Shown here one piece after another: positions 61,452 to 64,000 of a DNA stretch of 64,000 nucleotides. Within the stretch, counting starts at the first letter, position 1. The number at the start of each line of letters is the position of its first letter. The notes under the pieces were generated by a model, which did no database searches, was not told the origin of the DNA, and was given only the letters and a program-made list of their open reading frames with translations. Origin of the DNA: an uncultured Enterobacteriaceae bacterium (GTDB taxonomy: Bacteria; Pseudomonadota; Gammaproteobacteria; UBA6186; Azoamicaceae); contig CAZCGL010000001.1 in NCBI GenBank assembly GCA_964498335.1, positions 166,451-230,450 of the forward strand, given 5' to 3'. A program made the position numbers and the translations under genes.

Positions 61452-61874
61452 ATGTTACAACCTAGTAGAACTAAATATAGAAAACAACAAAAAGGTAGAA
61501 ACAACAGAAATGTAATTACAAAAGGTAATAATTTAAATTTTGGTGATTTTGGTATAAAATCTTTAGAATGTTCTAGAATAACTGCAAGACAGATAGAATC
61601 TGCCAGAATAGTTATATCTAAGCATTTAAAAAGAATTGGTAAAGTTTGGATTAGAATTTTTCCTGACAAACCTATAACTAAAAAACCTTTAGAAGTAAGA
61701 CAAGGTAAAGGTAAAGGTAATGTTGAGTATTGGGTTGCTTTAGTTCAACCTGGTAGAATGCTTTTTGAAGTATCTGGAGTTCCTTACAATATTGCATTTA
61801 GTGCTCTTAAGTTAGCGTCATATAAATTACCTGTTAAAACATTATTTGTTTCTAATTTTTCGGAAAATGCATGA
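61452..61874 (+). CDS. rplP: 50S ribosomal protein L16
   Basis: [31 protein letters not shown]. Confidence 0.98.
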   Translation: MLQPSRTKYRKQQKGRNNRNVITKGNNLNFGDFGIKSLECSRITARQIESARIVISKHLKRIGKVWIRIFPDKPITKKPLEVRQGKGKGNVEYWVALVQPGRMLFEVSGVPYNIAFSALKLASYKLPVKTLFVSNFSENA

Positions 61875-62062
61875 ATATAAATGAATTGAGAAAAAATAAT
61901 TTAATAGATTTAAAGTCTAAATTAGTTTTATTATATAGAGAAAAATTAAAAATTAGTTTTGAAAAAACTAGTGGTTCAGAATTTAAAAAAACTCATTTAA
62001 TTAAAACTAATAAAAAAAATATAGCAAAAATTTTAACATTAATTTCTGAAAAAAAAGAGTAA
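61871..62062 (+). CDS. rpmC: 50S ribosomal protein L29
   Basis: ELR, H.IK..KK.IA.I.T, operon position. Confidence 0.92.
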   Translation: MNINELRKNNLIDLKSKLVLLYREKLKISFEKTSGSEFKKTHLIKTNKKNIAKILTLISEKKE

Positions 62063-62068
62063 AAAATT

Positions 62069-62344
62069 ATGACTGAGTTAGTTTATAAGTTTTTAGAAGG
62101 CTTGATAATTAGTGATAAAATGGATAAAACTGTTGTGGTTAAAGTTGTTAGAACAGTTAAACATAATAAATATGGTAAATATATTAAGCGTTCTTCTAAA
62201 TTTTTTGTTCATGATGAAAATAATGAATGCAAAAAAGGTGATATTATTTTTTTTAAAGAGGTAGCACCAATATCCAAAAATAAAAATTTTATTTTTTGCT
62301 CTTTTAAGATTAAAGGAGGAAAAAATGATTCAGATGCAAACTGA
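62069..62344 (+). CDS. rpsQ: 30S ribosomal protein S17
   Basis: [29 protein letters not shown]. Confidence 0.97.
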   Translation: MTELVYKFLEGLIISDKMDKTVVVKVVRTVKHNKYGKYIKRSSKFFVHDENNECKKGDIIFFKEVAPISKNKNFIFCSFKIKGGKNDSDAN

Positions 62345-62693
62345 GTTGTTAGTAGCTGATAATAGTGGTGCTAAAAGAGTTATGTGTATTAAAGTTTTGG
62401 GTGGTTCTAAAAAGCGTTTTGCAAATATAGGTGATTTAATAAAAGTTAGTATTAAAGATGCTATTCCTAATGGAAAGGTAAAAAAGGGCGAAGTTGTTAA
62501 TGCTGTTATAGTAAGATCTAAAAAAGGTGTATCTAGATGTGATGGTTCGTATTTAAAATTTGACAATAATGTTGTTGTGCTTTTAAATAATAAATTACAA
62601 CCAATTGGAACTAGAATTTTTGGACCTGTTACTAGAGAATTAAGAAATGATAAATATATTAAAATAATGTCTTTAGCTTTAGAGGTTGTTTAA
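62325..62693 (+). CDS. rplN: 50S ribosomal protein L14
   Basis: [26 protein letters not shown]. Confidence 0.98.
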   Translation: MIQMQTELLVADNSGAKRVMCIKVLGGSKKRFANIGDLIKVSIKDAIPNGKVKKGEVVNAVIVRSKKGVSRCDGSYLKFDNNVVVLLNNKLQPIGTRIFGPVTRELRNDKYIKIMSLALEVV

Positions 62694-62697
62694 ATAT

Positions 62698-63027
62698 ATG
62701 AATAAAATTAAGGTTAAAGATAAAATATTTATTTTATCTGGTAAAGATAAAGGCAAAGTAGGTATTGTTTCTAAAGTTTTAAATAACAAAATTTTAAAAA
62801 GAAAATTTGTATTAATAGAAGGTTTGAATTTATTTAAAAAACATTCTAAATCTATTCCTAATAAAGATAAATCTGGTGGCATTATTAATATTGAAAAAGC
62901 AATAGATTATTCAAATGTTGCTTTATTTTGCGATTCAGCAAATAAAAGTAGTAAAGTTTTTTTTGATTTTTTTGAATCTAAAAAAAAAGCTAGATTTTTT
63001 AAATTAAATAAAGAGGTAATAAGTTGA
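62698..63027 (+). CDS. rplX: 50S ribosomal protein L24
   Basis: GKDKGK.G, EG.N..KKH.K, GGI...E..I..SNV. Confidence 0.96.
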   Translation: MNKIKVKDKIFILSGKDKGKVGIVSKVLNNKILKRKFVLIEGLNLFKKHSKSIPNKDKSGGIINIEKAIDYSNVALFCDSANKSSKVFFDFFESKKKARFFKLNKEVIS

Positions 63028-63560
63028 ATAAATTTAAAGATTATTATTATTATAATGTTGTTCCAACCTTTATAAAAAATGAATTATCTAAAAATATTAT
63101 GGATGTACCAAAGTTTTTAAAAGTTGTTGTTAATATAGGTTTTAATGGAGCTAGTTTAAGTAAGAAGAATATTGATGATATATTTAATGAATTATATTTG
63201 ATATCTGGGCAAAAACCTATATTTTTAAAAGCTAGAAAATCTGTTGCTGGTTTTAAAATACGTGAAGGTATAAATATTGGATGCAAAGTTACTTTAAGAA
63301 AAGATAATATGTATAATTTTTTAGGTAAATTAGTTTATTTAGTTTTGCCAAGGGTTAGAGATTTTAGAGGGCTTAATTCTAAATCTTTTGATGGTAAAGG
63401 AAATTATTCTTTTGGTCTTAAAGAGCAGATTATTTTTCCTGAAATTAACTATGATAAAATTGAAATAGTTAGAGGTATGGATATAACTATTGTTACTAGC
63501 GCTCGTACAGATTTAGTTTGTAAGACGTTATTAGAATTATGTTGTTTTCCATTTAATTGA
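63024..63560 (+). CDS. rplE: 50S ribosomal protein L5
   Basis: GQKP....ARKSVAGFKIREG..IGCKVTLR, PR.RDFRG, FPEI.YD. TTG start. Confidence 0.97.
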   Translation: MNKFKDYYYYNVVPTFIKNELSKNIMDVPKFLKVVVNIGFNGASLSKKNIDDIFNELYLISGQKPIFLKARKSVAGFKIREGINIGCKVTLRKDNMYNFLGKLVYLVLPRVRDFRGLNSKSFDGKGNYSFGLKEQIIFPEINYDKIEIVRGMDITIVTSARTDLVCKTLLELCCFPFN

Positions 63561-63580
63561 TTTAATATAAAAGTTTTTTT

Positions 63581-63886
63581 ATGTCAAAATTATGTATGAT
63601 AAAAAGAGAAAATCGTAGAATTAAATTAACAAAGAAATATTTTGTTAAGAGAAAAAATCTAAGGATCATTATGGGGGATATTAATGCCTCCATTTCTGCT
63701 AAAGAATTAGCTCAAAAAAAATTACAAGAATTACCTAGAGATTCTATTGAATGTAGATTAAGAAATAGATGTTGGAAAACTGGAAGAGCTAATGGCGTTT
63801 ATAGAATTGTAGGCTTATGTAGAAATATGTTTAGGTACCATGCTATGCGTGGTGATATACCAGGTATAAGAAAAGCTAGTTGGTAA
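63581..63886 (+). CDS. rpsN: 30S ribosomal protein S14
   Basis: LPRDS...RLRNRC..TGR, G.IPG..KASW. Confidence 0.97.
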   Translation: MSKLCMIKRENRRIKLTKKYFVKRKNLRIIMGDINASISAKELAQKKLQELPRDSIECRLRNRCWKTGRANGVYRIVGLCRNMFRYHAMRGDIPGIRKASW

Positions 63887-63891
63887 ATATT

Positions 63892-64000
63892 ATGACTATT
63901 CAAGATCCAATATCAGATTTATTGACGCAAATACGTAATGGGTATTTTGCTAAGAAAGAGTTTATTATAATTTATTCTTCTAAATTAAAAGTAGCTTTAG
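63892..64000 (+). CDS. rpsH: 30S ribosomal protein S8 (runs off the window)
   Basis: My translation [17 protein letters not shown]...SSKLK. Follows rpsN in the spc operon. Confidence 0.93.
   Translation, partial: MTIQDPISDLLTQIRNGYFAKKEFIIIYSSKLKVAL

Overview
A very AT-rich (roughly 20-25% GC by eye, not computed), gene-dense segment of an extremely reduced gammaproteobacterial genome using the standard genetic code. Gamma-type insertions in AtpA and ValS and a Legionella-like AtpE support the taxonomy. It contains almost only (i) energy conservation genes: F1Fo ATP synthase, an OprO/OprP-like porin, diheme cytochrome c4, narK2-narGHJI-narK1, a molybdenum cofactor cluster, a K+-independent H+-PPase, a Na+/H+ antiporter, adk and ndk; (ii) membrane protein biogenesis and quality control: Ffh plus SRP RNA, SecDF-YajC, BamB/D, HflKC, GroESL; and (iii) translation: str/S10/spc operons, IF2, EF-G, EF-P, RF1, ValS, three tRNAs and RNA-modifying enzymes. 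No amino-acid, cell-wall, mobile-element or CRISPR genes are visible. This profile best matches the nitrate-respiring, organelle-like endosymbionts of anaerobic ciliates (Ca. Azoamicus / Azoamicaceae), which is an inference from gene content. The main finds not explained by the ORF track are two structured RNAs embedded in the 3' ends of protein genes. One is a drastically minimised (about 235-245 nt) RNase P RNA overlapping secF. The other is an SRP RNA overlapping bamD and ending 1 nt before the dnaX start codon. There is also an SD-occluding palindrome in the narK leader, several domain-trimmed proteins (MiaA, IF2, NusA, DnaX, PrmC) and strong strand-dependent amino-acid bias.
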